From a virus: a DNA stretch of 5,673 nucleotides. The notes beneath the pieces were generated by a model that saw only the letters and a list, made by a program, of their open reading frames with translations, ran no database searches and was not told the origin of the DNA. The first letter of the stretch is position 1, and each line of letters begins with the position of its first letter. The stretch spans positions 1-5,673 of IMG/VR virus record IMGVR_UViG_3300018472_000012. One strand, written 5' to 3'. Position numbers and translations under genes: made by a program. Shown piece by piece: positions 5,014 through 5,673 of this stretch.

Positions 5014-5673
5014 ATGAACCGAAATTCTGAGCAACATTACAATCAAGTACCGCACGCAGAAATCCGAAGAAGCCGATTCAAAAGAGATTTTTCACTGCTA
5101 ACCACGATCAACGAGGGCGATCTGGTACCAATCTACGTTGACGAAGTATTGCCGGGCGACACTTTCAAAATCAATGTAAACGGTCTGGTGCGGATGGCAA
5201 CTCCACTCTATCCAGTTATGGACAACTGTAACATGGATATCTTCTTTTTCTTCGTTCCATGCCGTCTGCTCTGGGAACACTTCGTAAACATGATGGGCCA
5301 AAACGATAAGTCTTTCTGGGCAGAAGACACAGAATACACAACTCCAATCGCAAAAGATGAAAGCGGAAGAGGATGGAGCATCGGAACAATCGCCGACTAC
5401 ATGGGAGTTCCAACCGGAATCGCAGGACTAGAAGTAAACAGAATGCCATTCACAGCCTACGCAAAAATCTGGAACGAATGGTTTAGAGACGAAAACCTGC
5501 AGCAGCCACAACAAATAGACCTAACCGACAGAACCGTAAAATATGGAACAGAAGACGATCAGGAAAACAAAATTAGCAGAGCACAAGCAGGAGGAAAATG
5601 CCTCAAAGTCTGCAAACACAAAGACTACTTCACCAGCTGTTTACCGCAGCCACAGAAAGGCGAAGCCGTACCG
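5014..5673 (+). CDS. VP1: Major capsid protein VP1 (Microviridae F-like), N-terminal part. It continues at base 1 through the circular junction.
   Basis: ATG at 5014 lies 7 nt after a GAGGG Shine-Dalgarno site (5002-5006) and 3 nt after the VP3 stop. The translation MNRNSEQHYNQVPHAEIRRSRFKRDFSLLTTINEGDLVPIYVDEVLPGDTF...PVMDNCNMDIFFFFVPCRLLW carries the characteristic gokushovirus VP1 N-terminal motifs. The frame stays open to the window end and matches the frame of 1..1179. Confidence 0.93.
   Translation, partial: MNRNSEQHYNQVPHAEIRRSRFKRDFSLLTTINEGDLVPIYVDEVLPGDTFKINVNGLVRMATPLYPVMDNCNMDIFFFFVPCRLLWEHFVNMMGQNDKSFWAEDTEYTTPIAKDESGRGWSIGTIADYMGVPTGIAGLEVNRMPFTAYAKIWNEWFRDENLQQPQQIDLTDRTVKYGTEDDQENKISRAQAGGKCLKVCKHKDYFTSCLPQPQKGEAVP
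5533..5673. repeat. Terminal direct repeat, copy 2. It duplicates 1..141.
   Basis: Same 141-nt string as the window start. It lies inside the VP1 reading frame. Confidence 0.95.

Noticed and set aside
5174-5181. ATGTAAAC, which resembles the XerD arm of Firmicutes dif sites. I checked it because some gokushoviruses integrate through dif mimicry.
   Set aside because: The upstream sequence does not give an XerC arm at the required 6-nt spacing. The site is inside the conserved VP1 coding region. No comparable motif occurs in the intergenic regions.
252-5449. All minus-strand ORFs in the track (for example 252..566, 1304..1663, 2130..2483, 3258..3761, 3875..4228, 5216..5449)
   Set aside because: They lie antisense to well-supported + strand genes and have no Shine-Dalgarno sites. 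They translate to Cys/Phe/Leu/Val-rich low-complexity strings, as expected from reading the complement of an A-rich coding strand. Microviridae transcribe one strand only.
1-5673. A search for tRNA, rRNA, CRISPR repeats, IS/transposase ends and integrase
   Set aside because: None was seen. The only long repeat is the 141-nt terminal overlap, and all sizeable ORFs are accounted for by microvirus functions.

Overview
The window is a complete, circularly permuted genome of a small ssDNA phage of the family Microviridae, Gokushovirinae-like. Bases 1-141 recur exactly at 5533-5673, so the unit length is 5,532 nt and the window ends are an assembly overlap, not biological termini. All supportable genes are on the + strand, which is visibly A-rich and T-poor. 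The major capsid gene VP1 starts at 5014, runs off the window end and continues in frame from base 1 to 1179 (565 codons in total). Around the circle the order is: VP1; VP2 (DNA pilot/minor capsid); a sigma70-like promoter; a 56-aa ribbon-helix-helix-like ORF that is below the ORF-track cutoff; a perfect 14-bp hairpin; VP4 (HUH rolling-circle replication initiator); a structured 196-nt intergenic region with a strong intrinsic terminator; a doubtful 38-codon ORF; a 39-aa basic VP8/J-like DNA-binding protein, also below the cutoff; a second ribbon-helix-helix-like ORF; a small conserved nonstructural protein; VP3 (scaffold); and back to VP1. Nearly every gene has a strong AGGAGG-type Shine-Dalgarno site, which argues by inference for a non-Bacteroidota, possibly Firmicutes-like, host. 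The points most worth follow-up are the two small RHH-like putative DNA-binding proteins in an otherwise minimal lytic-type genome, the promoter-RHH-hairpin-rep-terminator cassette, and the structured non-coding elements that are candidate origins or operators. No lysis gene, integrase, tRNA or CRISPR array is visible. All homology statements rest on remembered family motifs, not on searches.
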